From positions 5,592 through 69,591 of the IMG/VR virus record IMGVR_UViG_3300047554_000471: 64,000 bases of DNA; one strand, 5' to 3'. How positions within the stretch are numbered: position 1 is the stretch's first letter; the number at the start of each line of letters is the position of its first letter. Position numbers and translations under genes: made by a program. Of this stretch, positions 10,324-20,438 are shown in pieces. Below the pieces are notes generated by a model. That model was not told where the DNA came from. It worked only from the letters and a program-made list of their open reading frames with translations, and made no database searches. This DNA comes from a virus.

Positions 10324-13300
10324 TAAATAAGATTAAATGTAAGATGGATAGTGTAGAAAAGATTCTACACATTGCAGATATACATCTACGCAACTGGAAA
10401 CGTCATAAGGAGTTCAAAGAGGTTTTTAAGAAGCTTTTTGCTGCTGTTGATGCATTGCCTGCCAACTCTATTATCACAGTGGGAGGAGACATTGTGCATG
10501 CTAAGACTGACATGAGTCCGGAGCTCATCAACATGGTATCCTACTTATTTAATGAGTTAGCTGATCGTCGAACAACAATCGTGATAACCGGAAATCACGA
10601 CACAAACTTGAATAATAACAATCGATTGGATGCTCTTACCCCAATCATTGAAGCAAATAATCACCCTAACCTATTCTACTTACGCAACTCTGGTCTGTAC
10701 GAGATTGGAGATGTTGCTATTAGTGTAATGTCGTTGCTAGACGAAAAGGAAGATTACGTAACTTTTGATAAGATTCCAGACAATAAAACCTACAAACATA
10801 CAATCGCAATGTACCACGGTACCATTGCTAACAGTAGTGTTGATAGTGGTCTAGTTTTATCTCATGGATTGGATTGGGACACCTTTGCTGGCTACGACCT
10901 AGTTTTGCTAGGAGACATTCATAAGCGCCAAATACTATCAAAATCAGAGCCAATCATATTCTATCCAGGATCACTAGTGCAACAAAACTTTGGAGAGTCC
11001 TTTGAGGGGCATGGTTATGCTTTAGTCGATCTAACAACTAAAGGAGCTATTGGGTATGAGTTCTTCGATATACCAAACGATTACGGTTATTACACGCTAG
11101 ATGTAGAGGATGGCATCTTACCAGACAATCTACCAATCACATCAAAGACAAACGTAAGACTACGTACGAGAAATACATCAGCAGCTGAGCTTAAACGAAT
11201 ACTTGCAACAATCAGAAAAGAGTATCGTAATAGTGATGTGATGGTCCAGAAGCTGGATAAAGCTAGCTCAACAGATGATGGGCAGTTGTTTGGAGAGTCG
11301 TTGCATCAAGGTGATGTTAGAAATTTACAATATCAAAACCAACTCATAACAGACTATCTACAGCATCAAGGTATTGATGATGAGTTATTAGAATCTGTAC
11401 TCAAGATAAATGCAACTTTCAACCAGACAATATCTCAGGGTGAGACAGCTCGTAATGTTGTATGGAAACCAAAGCGTTTTGAGTTTTCAAATATGTTTAG
11501 CTACGGAGAGGACAACGTTGTCAGCTTCGATAAGTTAGATGGTACTTGTGGTATATTTGCTCCAAACCACGCTGGTAAGTCAGCTGTATTAGATGCACTA
11601 TGTTTCTGTTTGTTTGATCACTCCTTTAGAGCGAGTAAGGCAGAGCAAGTGTTGAATAGAAAAAAGGATGACTTTTGGTGTAAGTTTAACTTTGAGCTTG
11701 GAGGTGTAGATTATTTCATTGAAAAGAAGGCTTACAAGTATAAAAGTGGACCACTTAAAGGAAAGCTGCGAGTTGATATTAACTTCTGGAGTGTCGGTGC
11801 AGATGGTGAGATTACATCACTCAACGGTGAACAGAGACGTGATACAAATTATATTATTCAATCGTATGTAGGTACGTTTGACGACTTTATTTTGACAGCA
11901 TTGTCATTACAACAGAACAATTCTAATTTTATTGATAAAACCCAGGGTGAGAGAAAAGACTTGTTAGCAAACTTTCTCGATCTCAAAATATTTGATGCAC
12001 TATATGAACTGGCCAACAAAGAAAATAGAACAGCTACAATCGTACTTGAAGAGTACCAAAAGCAAGACTTTGAAACAAGACTCGGAGACGCAGAGCGCTC
12101 CAAGGACATCAATGAGACCAAGCATACAAAGGCTCAAGAAGATGTTGACAAGGCTGAAGAAGAACTCCAAGATTTAACGGATGAGCTGTTAGAACTCAAT
12201 AAACAGCTACAACCGTGTAATGCTGATGGATTGTCCATTGACAAACTTGAATCGCAGTTAGCATCAGCTAGTCAGAAGTTATTAGACTTAGGTGAGGTGG
12301 CAAGCACTTATCACCTCAAACTAGAGGATGAGCAGGTAATTTTATCGGAATCCGAAGCTGAGCTTGATCAACATAAAGCATCGTTTGATACAGAGCTATA
12401 TAAAGAGTATACAGCAAAGGTTCAGCAAAAGGTTGAATTAGATGGTACATTAGCGACACTAAAGGTTACTATCAAAAATAAGCTAGAAAAGCTTGAAAAA
12501 CTACAACAGCATGAGTACGATCCAAATTGTAAGTATTGTTGTGACAATGTGTTCGTTAAGGATGCGATAGATACAAAGAGTCAGTTAGAGAGTGATAAAG
12601 AAACTGTACATGAGTTCTTGCAAAAGTTGAGAGATGTGTCGGATTTTATTGATGCAAATAATAGCATAGCTCATCAAGCTGAGGAGATACAAAAATTAGT
12701 GAAGCGATATAATGAAGCGAAGGCATCAGTAGATAGATACCAAAGTGCTTACGATAAGGTTACACATGAAATAGCTACAGTTAAGCATAACATATCAAAC
12801 CTACAGCGTGACATACAAACATACAATGCCAACATACAAACGCTAGAGAATAATAAGAAAATTCAAGCGGACATCAAGATTATACAGACAAAGGTATCCA
12901 CTAAGAAAATCGAGTTGTCTAAGCTAAATAACGTAGTGAAAGATTACCACGGAAAGATTCGAATCGCAGAGACAACAATTGCTGAGTGTAATAAGTCAAT
13001 CCAACATATGCAAGAGTTGGTCGATAAGCAGGTGGCTTATGATTTATATTGTAAGGCGATGTGTAAGGATGGTATTCCTTATGTACTGATTAGCAAAGCT
13101 GTACCATACATTCAACACTACGTTAATAACATACTTAACCAGGTTATTGACTTTACTGTCGAAATGGAAACGGATGGTAAAAACATCAACGTGTTCATTG
13201 TTTACGATGATAATAAGTGGCCATTAGAACTTAGTTCAGGAATGGAACGCTTCATGTCATCGTTGGCTATTCGTATCGCTTTAATTAAAATTACAAACTT

Positions 13301-13505
13301 ACCTAAACCAGACTTCATTGCAATTGATGAGGGACTTGGTGTGTTAGATAGTAGTAATCTTAACTCGATGCATACACTATTCACCTACATGAAAGATATC
13401 TTCCGCTTTAGCTTAGTGATCAGTCACATTGATGTTGTTCGAGATATGGTTGACAACATAATTACCATCGAGCGCAAGGATGATTTGAGTCACATAAATT
13501 GTTAG
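10320..13505 (+). CDS. Fused Mre11/SbcD-Rad50/SbcC (gp47-gp46-like) recombination nuclease-ATPase
   Basis: HIADIH, GGDIVH, GNHD, GDIH phosphoesterase motifs; Walker A APNHAGKS, coiled coil with CKYC hook, LSSGME signature, Walker B IAIDEG, ISH. Confidence 0.92.
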   Translation: MINKIKCKMDSVEKILHIADIHLRNWKRHKEFKEVFKKLFAAVDALPANSIITVGGDIVHAKTDMSPELINMVSYLFNELADRRTTIVITGNHDTNLNNNNRLDALTPIIEANNHPNLFYLRNSGLYEIGDVAISVMSLLDEKEDYVTFDKIPDNKTYKHTIAMYHGTIANSSVDSGLVLSHGLDWDTFAGYDLVLLGDIHKRQILSKSEPIIFYPGSLVQQNFGESFEGHGYALVDLTTKGAIGYEFFDIPNDYGYYTLDVEDGILPDNLPITSKTNVRLRTRNTSAAELKRILATIRKEYRNSDVMVQKLDKASSTDDGQLFGESLHQGDVRNLQYQNQLITDYLQHQGIDDELLESVLKINATFNQTISQGETARNVVWKPKRFEFSNMFSYGEDNVVSFDKLDGTCGIFAPNHAGKSAVLDALCFCLFDHSFRASKAEQVLNRKKDDFWCKFNFELGGVDYFIEKKAYKYKSGPLKGKLRVDINFWSVGADGEITSLNGEQRRDTNYIIQSYVGTFDDFILTALSLQQNNSNFIDKTQGERKDLLANFLDLKIFDALYELANKENRTATIVLEEYQKQDFETRLGDAERSKDINETKHTKAQEDVDKAEEELQDLTDELLELNKQLQPCNADGLSIDKLESQLASASQKLLDLGEVASTYHLKLEDEQVILSESEAELDQHKASFDTELYKEYTAKVQQKVELDGTLATLKVTIKNKLEKLEKLQQHEYDPNCKYCCDNVFVKDAIDTKSQLESDKETVHEFLQKLRDVSDFIDANNSIAHQAEEIQKLVKRYNEAKASVDRYQSAYDKVTHEIATVKHNISNLQRDIQTYNANIQTLENNKKIQADIKIIQTKVSTKKIELSKLNNVVKDYHGKIRIAETTIAECNKSIQHMQELVDKQVAYDLYCKAMCKDGIPYVLISKAVPYIQHYVNNILNQVIDFTVEMETDGKNINVFIVYDDNKWPLELSSGMERFMSSLAIRIALIKITNLPKPDFIAIDEGLGVLDSSNLNSMHTLFTYMKDIFRFSLVISHIDVVRDMVDNIITIERKDDLSHINC

Positions 13506-13521
13506 GAGATATTTATAGTAA

Positions 13522-15639
13522 ATGTCTTTACTTTCAACATACAAGATACCACAACCGCGTGGTTACTCAAATACATCGTACTATGTAGAGGATCGCTCAG
13601 CTACCTCTCCAGAGTACTTTGATGTAGAGTACTTTCCTACTGTAGTAGGAGGAGGTCGCCATGTAATTAAGCTGAAAGGTAATGGTGCAAACATGAAACT
13701 CAACAGCACAATAGACGTTGAGATAGTGGATGCAGAAGGTCAGAGAATCTTTGCTGAGGTTGTAGATTTTGTTGATCGATTCAATAACTACTACATATCG
13801 TTTGACATATACGATATAACAGCTCAAGGACTTGCAACAGTATACCTAGTTGGTGAGGCTATCATCGATAACCAGGGTAATCTAATACCACAAGAGTATC
13901 GCGGAGAGTATAATGTAAGATGGGCTCGACAAATATCTATATTACCGTTTGAGAGAAACAACGCAGATTTGTTATTTGATGAACCACCATCAGTATCCGT
14001 AGCTCAAGTTGTAACGCCAGCACGAATAACGACAAACCAACAATCTGGTAGTACTGCCATATACACAACAACGACCAGTAGCATAGACCAATTAACGATA
14101 ATCACATCAAACTTTCAGGGTTATGATAGGGATTTTGCATCTAGTGTCAATATCTTAGACGGTTATCTAAAAGCAATTACTGTCGATCCAACCAACAAAC
14201 CACTAACAGCAAATAGTGTACCAACAGTCATTCGTAAGACAGAGGATGATATCCAAAATGGCTTTTCTGTAACCAACACATCACGATTTGGTACACTAGT
14301 AAAGGCAACGTCGTCTTTCTTCTCAAAAGAGATGTTAGGAGGGTACTTTGAGTTTTTTGATTCAGAGTCGTTACCCAGATACCTAAGACCAAGTGCGTCA
14401 GGACATATCCAAGTCTCAGGATCCATCTCAGATCAACTACAATCATACAACGCTACTATTGTAGAGGTTGTGAATAGTACGCAGGCTGTTATCAGCAAAG
14501 CTCCATCCGTACTTGTATATAATACAAGAAGTTTGAGTTCTAATGCTGTGGAAGTTTTCACCTACAAGTCAGCAAGCTTGTTTACTGGAAGTGTTACATT
14601 TGTACCGAGTGTAAACACCTATGCTACGAGCTCAACTGTTAGTCAGTCGTATGTTGAATTTACATTTGGTGATTTGAGCCCAATAAGCGGTCAGGTGTAT
14701 AGAATTAAGACATCGGCTAAACTTGGATCTATCGTTGGTGATTACAAACTACTAAACGATCAGATTGTATCTCCAGTCGAATACTTAACCGATTCAGAAT
14801 TTTCAAATGGATTAAACTTTGCTCGACATGATTCGGAGTATAGATTGATAGGTCATTTTAATACTGGATCTATTCTAAGTACTTATTGGAATCTGTATCA
14901 AGAGACACCAAACGGCTTTGACTTGGTGACTGGATCATTAAACACATCAGTATTAGCAGATTCTGTGAAATGTAATGCATCATACACTCAATCATTAGTA
15001 TTGACGACAGCCTACAACCAAAACTACAACACAAACCAGACATACACACTAGGTTTTCAGTTGGTGTTAGATCCTTATACGGAGTTGGAGGTTTATATGA
15101 ATAGTGATCCATTAAACACATACCTAATAACACCAACAATATATGCGAGAGCTTTCAATAAGACGTCTAACAACGAGAGAGCAAGATATGCAGGTGATAC
15201 AAACCGCTTTGGGAAGTATATTGGAAAGATTGTAAACGATAGAAGTACTCGTAAGTATTACGGAAAACTTTTATTTGATTATACTACCGATGCTAATGGT
15301 TTTGGTAGACCGCTAATGAGAACGAGAGTTATTGATGAGATGAATCAAACCGGTAGTGCTTACCTCAGTGAAGTGAGTGTAAAACCATACACACTCAACG
15401 GATTCACACCAAACATTGTACAATATGCTGTACCATTACCGCAAGAGTTTATTAGTGCAGCTTCACTTTCACAATCAATCGACTTTAAAATAGATTACTT
15501 TGACTACACAGGTCGACAATCAGAGTATACAACATTCTTGGATGATGTTACTTTGAACTTAAAAACAACAATCACCTCAAACACTTGTCAGGATGATAAG
15601 CTGTATTTTACATACGACTTTGTGGAGTCTATTTATTAA
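13522..15639 (+). CDS. Putative virion structural protein
   Basis: 705 aa, S/T-rich, preceded by TATTTATA at 13510. Confidence 0.55.
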   Translation: MSLLSTYKIPQPRGYSNTSYYVEDRSATSPEYFDVEYFPTVVGGGRHVIKLKGNGANMKLNSTIDVEIVDAEGQRIFAEVVDFVDRFNNYYISFDIYDITAQGLATVYLVGEAIIDNQGNLIPQEYRGEYNVRWARQISILPFERNNADLLFDEPPSVSVAQVVTPARITTNQQSGSTAIYTTTTSSIDQLTIITSNFQGYDRDFASSVNILDGYLKAITVDPTNKPLTANSVPTVIRKTEDDIQNGFSVTNTSRFGTLVKATSSFFSKEMLGGYFEFFDSESLPRYLRPSASGHIQVSGSISDQLQSYNATIVEVVNSTQAVISKAPSVLVYNTRSLSSNAVEVFTYKSASLFTGSVTFVPSVNTYATSSTVSQSYVEFTFGDLSPISGQVYRIKTSAKLGSIVGDYKLLNDQIVSPVEYLTDSEFSNGLNFARHDSEYRLIGHFNTGSILSTYWNLYQETPNGFDLVTGSLNTSVLADSVKCNASYTQSLVLTTAYNQNYNTNQTYTLGFQLVLDPYTELEVYMNSDPLNTYLITPTIYARAFNKTSNNERARYAGDTNRFGKYIGKIVNDRSTRKYYGKLLFDYTTDANGFGRPLMRTRVIDEMNQTGSAYLSEVSVKPYTLNGFTPNIVQYAVPLPQEFISAASLSQSIDFKIDYFDYTGRQSEYTTFLDDVTLNLKTTITSNTCQDDKLYFTYDFVESIY

Positions 15640-15641
15640 TT

Positions 15642-17012
15642 ATGGGTACATTATCAATTAAATCTTTTGACTTGGTATATAAGAGGTTAGGTCCAACTGG
15701 AAGTAACTCTTCACCAAGCCCATATTACGATGGTTATTTGCCTGAGTGGTGGTGGACAGCATCTTTAAATTATCCGGTATCAACAGCAACACCATCAGTA
15801 TCTGGTGGATGGTTGAACTTTCCACCAACAACAGTAGACACGTTTGTATCTACAAGACAATCCTCAAGTAATGCAACATACAAGGCTTTGCCATGGGGAT
15901 CTTGTGCAACAGACTTTTTGTGGAATATTGCAACGCCATCATGGTCTTTTTCAGATAGTAGTCAGGTTTATAGTGGGGCAACTTATGTTGTAAGGCAGTG
16001 GGGTGTTTCAACTAACTTTACGGGAAGCTTTCTTAAAAGGAATTGGAGTGGTTATAGTTCAGTTGGTGTTACGGCATACCCAGTAACCACTAGTTGGTAT
16101 ATCACAGATCCAAAATTTGGTGCAGGAACAAATATGTACTACATCCATAGTAGGAATGGTTTATCAACCTATCCAACCTACGTAGGTAGTTGGTATGCGT
16201 ATGCTGGAGTTGAGTATAGCGGGCTTGTTGCTTACGATGTAACGTGGCCAAACGTAACAAGCTCAAACGCTACATCATCGATTGACGGTCAGTATTTCGA
16301 TCTGGGAGGAGGTGCAGCAATAACAAGAGCGGCAATAAGCAAGTCTTTTGTGACACAATCAATATCAGGCTCAGGAACTGGTACAGTTAATATTAGACAC
16401 TACACTGAAGCTTTAAAATCTCGTAGACTATTCTTTCCAATTCCGGTTAGTGGTAGTGGAACTACTGGTGGAACGGATTACTTCTTTAAACTATTCTCAG
16501 GTTATGGAGCAAGTGAGATTTTTTCTGACAACGGAGGTATATATAACGTACAACTTTCCCTAAAAAGAAAAGTCTCAACTGATAACTATCCAGACACTGG
16601 ATCATTCCTCAGCGTATTTATACACAACGTACAGTCTCAAGCTCCAACACCAACTGGTAGAATAGCCGGTGCTAGTGGTTGGTATCCACCTGATAATAAT
16701 ATTGTAAAGATTGGACATGGCTACCAAGGAGGTCCTCAAATGTCGTTTTACGATGTGCAGACAGGTTATCAGATTGAAAGATTTAACTTTAACGTAATTC
16801 AATACGGTTATCCAGCACAATTGTGCTTAGAGGCTTCAGGATCATTGACGGATAGTTCATTCTTTGGCATCATTATCGATGATTTGCAGATTTGCAAAAT
16901 TGGTGTAACAACAGATCCACGATTTATTAAACCAACGACTATTGCTCAAAATACATTCAACTTAGGTGCAATGGAAGCGCAGCAGTATGAACCACCATTA
17001 GAAGGATCGTGA
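15642..17012 (+). CDS. Putative virion structural protein
   Basis: 456 aa, S/G/T/Y/W-rich, preceded by TATTTATT at 15630. Confidence 0.5.
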   Translation: MGTLSIKSFDLVYKRLGPTGSNSSPSPYYDGYLPEWWWTASLNYPVSTATPSVSGGWLNFPPTTVDTFVSTRQSSSNATYKALPWGSCATDFLWNIATPSWSFSDSSQVYSGATYVVRQWGVSTNFTGSFLKRNWSGYSSVGVTAYPVTTSWYITDPKFGAGTNMYYIHSRNGLSTYPTYVGSWYAYAGVEYSGLVAYDVTWPNVTSSNATSSIDGQYFDLGGGAAITRAAISKSFVTQSISGSGTGTVNIRHYTEALKSRRLFFPIPVSGSGTTGGTDYFFKLFSGYGASEIFSDNGGIYNVQLSLKRKVSTDNYPDTGSFLSVFIHNVQSQAPTPTGRIAGASGWYPPDNNIVKIGHGYQGGPQMSFYDVQTGYQIERFNFNVIQYGYPAQLCLEASGSLTDSSFFGIIIDDLQICKIGVTTDPRFIKPTTIAQNTFNLGAMEAQQYEPPLEGS

Positions 17013-17557
17013 TAAGTAATAGCACCATAAGAAACTGTACAAGACCCTTTCCAGCAATACAAGGGCTGCTCAACGAGCATACACTTGGTAAGATTCTTAT
17101 CAAAAACGTGTATCAGCCTTGGAATGGTGAAAGTGTAGTTGATATAAAACAGCGACATACAGATAATCCATACACCCTAAGAATAGGAACACCGTCTACA
17201 GACAAGCAGTTGAAGGAAGATGCTGTATATTTTATACTACATTATTTGGCATACAATCCAATAACAAAGGATATTGAGCGTCGTGAGATTGTACCACTAC
17301 GCAACATGGAGAAGGTTTACATTGGTCAGTCATTAGATGAGGGTGTATATAAAGACTACCGATTGTTTGTTGATGGTAATGCAGTTGTAGATGATGTGTT
17401 TTTGAAAAATCACGAACAGCTAAAAGATACATCTCTAGGACGTCTAATAATCAACTTAATGGATAGAACAGAGAAAATGCAGTTGGAGATTGCTAAATTA
17501 AAGCGTGAACTCGATTCCAAACATATTTATATTCAAGACACCTTAAAGAATGAATAA
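17009..17557 (+). CDS. Hypothetical protein with C-terminal coiled coil (fibre/chaperone-like)
   Basis: GTG start overlapping the previous stop; C-terminal heptads. Confidence 0.45.
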   Translation: MISNSTIRNCTRPFPAIQGLLNEHTLGKILIKNVYQPWNGESVVDIKQRHTDNPYTLRIGTPSTDKQLKEDAVYFILHYLAYNPITKDIERREIVPLRNMEKVYIGQSLDEGVYKDYRLFVDGNAVVDDVFLKNHEQLKDTSLGRLIINLMDRTEKMQLEIAKLKRELDSKHIYIQDTLKNE

Positions 17558-20120
17558 ACTTACTAAATTCCTTGTAGAGGGAGTATTAAAGGAGGCGGAA
17601 GCCGGAATAATTGTAATGTTACCAGGCGGTTTCAAACCTCCTCATGGTGGTCACTTGGAATTAGCAAAGCGTTACGCAGCATTACCTAATGTAGCAGAAG
17701 TGCGAATCTTGATTGGTCCTAAAGAGCGTGATGGAATCACTATGAAGCAGTCTATGGATGTGTGGAAAATCTTGTTAGGAGGTACTACTAATATAAAAGT
17801 GGAACAAGCTCCAAACGACAATCCAATGCGAGCAGCTTATGAGTTTGTAGAAAAAGCTCCAGCTGGAACATATGCTCTAGGAGCTAGCTCAAAAGGGAGT
17901 GATTATGCTCGTGTTAAGGGGTTTGTAGATGGACATGCGTTAGGAGCAAAGTATCACAGACCGGGTGTGAATGTTGTTGAGTTATCTCTAAACACATCAC
18001 CAATCTTATACAAAGGTCGTACTGATGAATTAAACGGACAAGGTTTGAGTGCATCAACTCTAAGAGCTGATTTAGCAGCAAAAAACTTTGACAACTTCAA
18101 AACAAACTATCCAGGTATACCAGAATCAACTGTAAAATCTGTATTTAAAATTCTAGCACCAGGACAACCATTACAAGAGGTTGATCTTTCTGCTATAGTA
18201 AAGAAGATCAGTTCAAGATTCCAAGCTTTTTTGAGATCGATAGCTGCTGAGAGTAGAGAGACTAAAGAAGCTTTTGTTATGTTGGCTCAAGCTGCTCAAG
18301 GTAAAAAAACATTAACCGATGCTGAAAAGGAAGAGATCGGTAATCAGATGAAGGACGTATTGAAGACAGCTGGTATTATCGCAGCTAGTGTTCTTCCAGG
18401 TGGAACAATTTATTTCATTTTGATTCGCTTATTGCGTTTAGAAAAATACACAATTCCTCAAAATTTCTTAAACAAAGTGGCAACAACAGCTCCACTACTG
18501 GAAGAGGAGACTTTAAACGAGAATGCTGCAGTAATGGCTGCGATGGCAGCATCAACAGCTGCGTTATTAAGTTCGCAAGGAAAGTATAACAATGGTGGTG
18601 ATTGGAGCTTTAATCCAATTGGCTGGTTTAAAGATTTCTTACAAGATAGAAAACTTCAAAAAATAGCTGACAGATTGGTTCAAGACCCAGAAATCCAAAA
18701 GCTAGTAAGGGATCACACATTCTTAGATAAGAATAAAAAAGTAATCGCTACTCAAAACATAAAAGGGATTCAATCGATCCTAAAAAACAAACTCAAACCA
18801 GAAGAGATGCAATATCTTAAATATGGTTGGGGTCCGAGATTAAGAAAAGCTATGAGTTTAACAGAAGGTAGACAGCTTCTTAAAGAGGGTGGCGCAGCAG
18901 GTCACATGACACATCCTTATGAGGATTATGATTTAACATTCAAAGACGCTAACAATATGATTGATGCAGCTTTGAGTGGTAAGGTTGAATATGCTCAGGA
19001 AAAGTTAGATGGTCAAAACCTTATGGCCACATACAAGGATGGTCAAGTTCGTGCAGCTAGAAACAAAGGGCATCTAAAAGATGCAGGTGCAACATCATTA
19101 ACTGTTAAGCAGGTTGAGGATATGTTTGCAGGACGTGGAGCTATACAATCAGCTTTTGGAGAAGCGATGAAAGATTTAGAAGCTGCAATCAATAAATTAA
19201 CACCAGAACAAAAAGCTGAGTTTTTTGACAACGGTAAGAAGTTTGTCAACTTTGAAGTTCTCTATCCACCAACAAGTAATGTAATCCCTTACGGCGCTAC
19301 GCAGTTAAGATTACACAACATCACAGAATACGATCCAGCAGGTAATGTTGTAAATACAGACACCGATGCTGTTCATAAGCTAGATGGTGCACTACAACAA
19401 GTACAAGCTCAAAATCAAAAAACATACGAAATCCGTGTTACGGATCCAATCACAATTAATAAGTCAGCTGACTATGAAAAGCAGCGTGACGAATTACACC
19501 AGAGTCTTAGAAAACTTAGAGAGCAGTATAAGCTGAAAGAGGATGATAAGGTTAGTGTGTATATTCAAGCTTGGTGGACAAACTACATTAAGAACACTGC
19601 AAAACAATATAGCTATGATGTTCCAGCAAACACCTTACAACAATTAATCAATCGTTGGGCTTATTCAAATAAAGAGGTTAACATTAAGGTTATTCGTGAT
19701 GGTATCACAAACGAAGACTTCAAAAACTGGGTTGTAAATTTCGACAAAAAGGACTATGTTACCCAGAAGAAAATATGCATAAAACCTTTAGAGACAGTAT
19801 TCCTTAAACTTGGTGTTTATACATTGAAAAATGTATCGCAGTTGGTATCTCTAAACCCTAACGATACGGTTAGACAAATCAATAAGGATCTTGATGATGC
19901 AATTGCAAAAATCAAAGCTGCAGCACAAACTCCTGAGATGTCAGACGATGATACATCACTACTTTTCTTAAAAAGAGAGTTAACAAGACTTAAAGATATT
20001 GGAGGTTTTAAAGCAATTGTACCACTAGAGGGTATTGTATTCAAATATAACGGAAAACTCTACAAACTGACTGGAGCATTTGCACCAATCAATCAAATTC
20101 TAGGGTACTTAAAATTCTAA
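17550..20120 (+). CDS. Multidomain protein: HIGH-class nucleotidyltransferase + LETM1-like helical domain + unknown domain + ligase-like nucleotidyltransferase domain
   Basis: PGGFKPPHGGH and LSASTLR (cytidylyltransferase-like); EKLDG and LEGIVFK...YKLTG (ligase motifs I, IV, V-like); L-x-E sites between domains. Confidence 0.7.
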   Translation: MNKLTKFLVEGVLKEAEAGIIVMLPGGFKPPHGGHLELAKRYAALPNVAEVRILIGPKERDGITMKQSMDVWKILLGGTTNIKVEQAPNDNPMRAAYEFVEKAPAGTYALGASSKGSDYARVKGFVDGHALGAKYHRPGVNVVELSLNTSPILYKGRTDELNGQGLSASTLRADLAAKNFDNFKTNYPGIPESTVKSVFKILAPGQPLQEVDLSAIVKKISSRFQAFLRSIAAESRETKEAFVMLAQAAQGKKTLTDAEKEEIGNQMKDVLKTAGIIAASVLPGGTIYFILIRLLRLEKYTIPQNFLNKVATTAPLLEEETLNENAAVMAAMAASTAALLSSQGKYNNGGDWSFNPIGWFKDFLQDRKLQKIADRLVQDPEIQKLVRDHTFLDKNKKVIATQNIKGIQSILKNKLKPEEMQYLKYGWGPRLRKAMSLTEGRQLLKEGGAAGHMTHPYEDYDLTFKDANNMIDAALSGKVEYAQEKLDGQNLMATYKDGQVRAARNKGHLKDAGATSLTVKQVEDMFAGRGAIQSAFGEAMKDLEAAINKLTPEQKAEFFDNGKKFVNFEVLYPPTSNVIPYGATQLRLHNITEYDPAGNVVNTDTDAVHKLDGALQQVQAQNQKTYEIRVTDPITINKSADYEKQRDELHQSLRKLREQYKLKEDDKVSVYIQAWWTNYIKNTAKQYSYDVPANTLQQLINRWAYSNKEVNIKVIRDGITNEDFKNWVVNFDKKDYVTQKKICIKPLETVFLKLGVYTLKNVSQLVSLNPNDTVRQINKDLDDAIAKIKAAAQTPEMSDDDTSLLFLKRELTRLKDIGGFKAIVPLEGIVFKYNGKLYKLTGAFAPINQILGYLKF

Positions 20121-20123
20121 AAA

Positions 20124-20438
20124 ATGAAACTAAAAAAATTACTCGAAAATCAAAGACTAGAAGAAAAGAAGGAAGCGATTGCTTCCTCTCCTAGTACAAA
20201 CATGACCCTACACTACGATGCTGATTTCAAAAACGTGGGAGAAGAGGGAAGTCCTGAGTTTAGCTTTACCATCAGTATATCATCAGTTGGAGGAAAGGAG
20301 TTCTTTCGTTCAGTGGGTGATAGCAATGAGAGCGCTAAGCTTGCCGAAGGTGTACGATTAGAGCTTCGTAGAGCTTTACGTAAGTTTGATAAAAACGTAC
20401 AATTCGTAATCGAAAAATACAAGTTACAAGCACGATGA
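20124..20438 (+). CDS. Hypothetical protein, probable internal head protein
   Basis: N-terminus MKLKKLLE...RLEE. Confidence 0.5.
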   Translation: MKLKKLLENQRLEEKKEAIASSPSTNMTLHYDADFKNVGEEGSPEFSFTISISSVGGKEFFRSVGDSNESAKLAEGVRLELRRALRKFDKNVQFVIEKYKLQAR

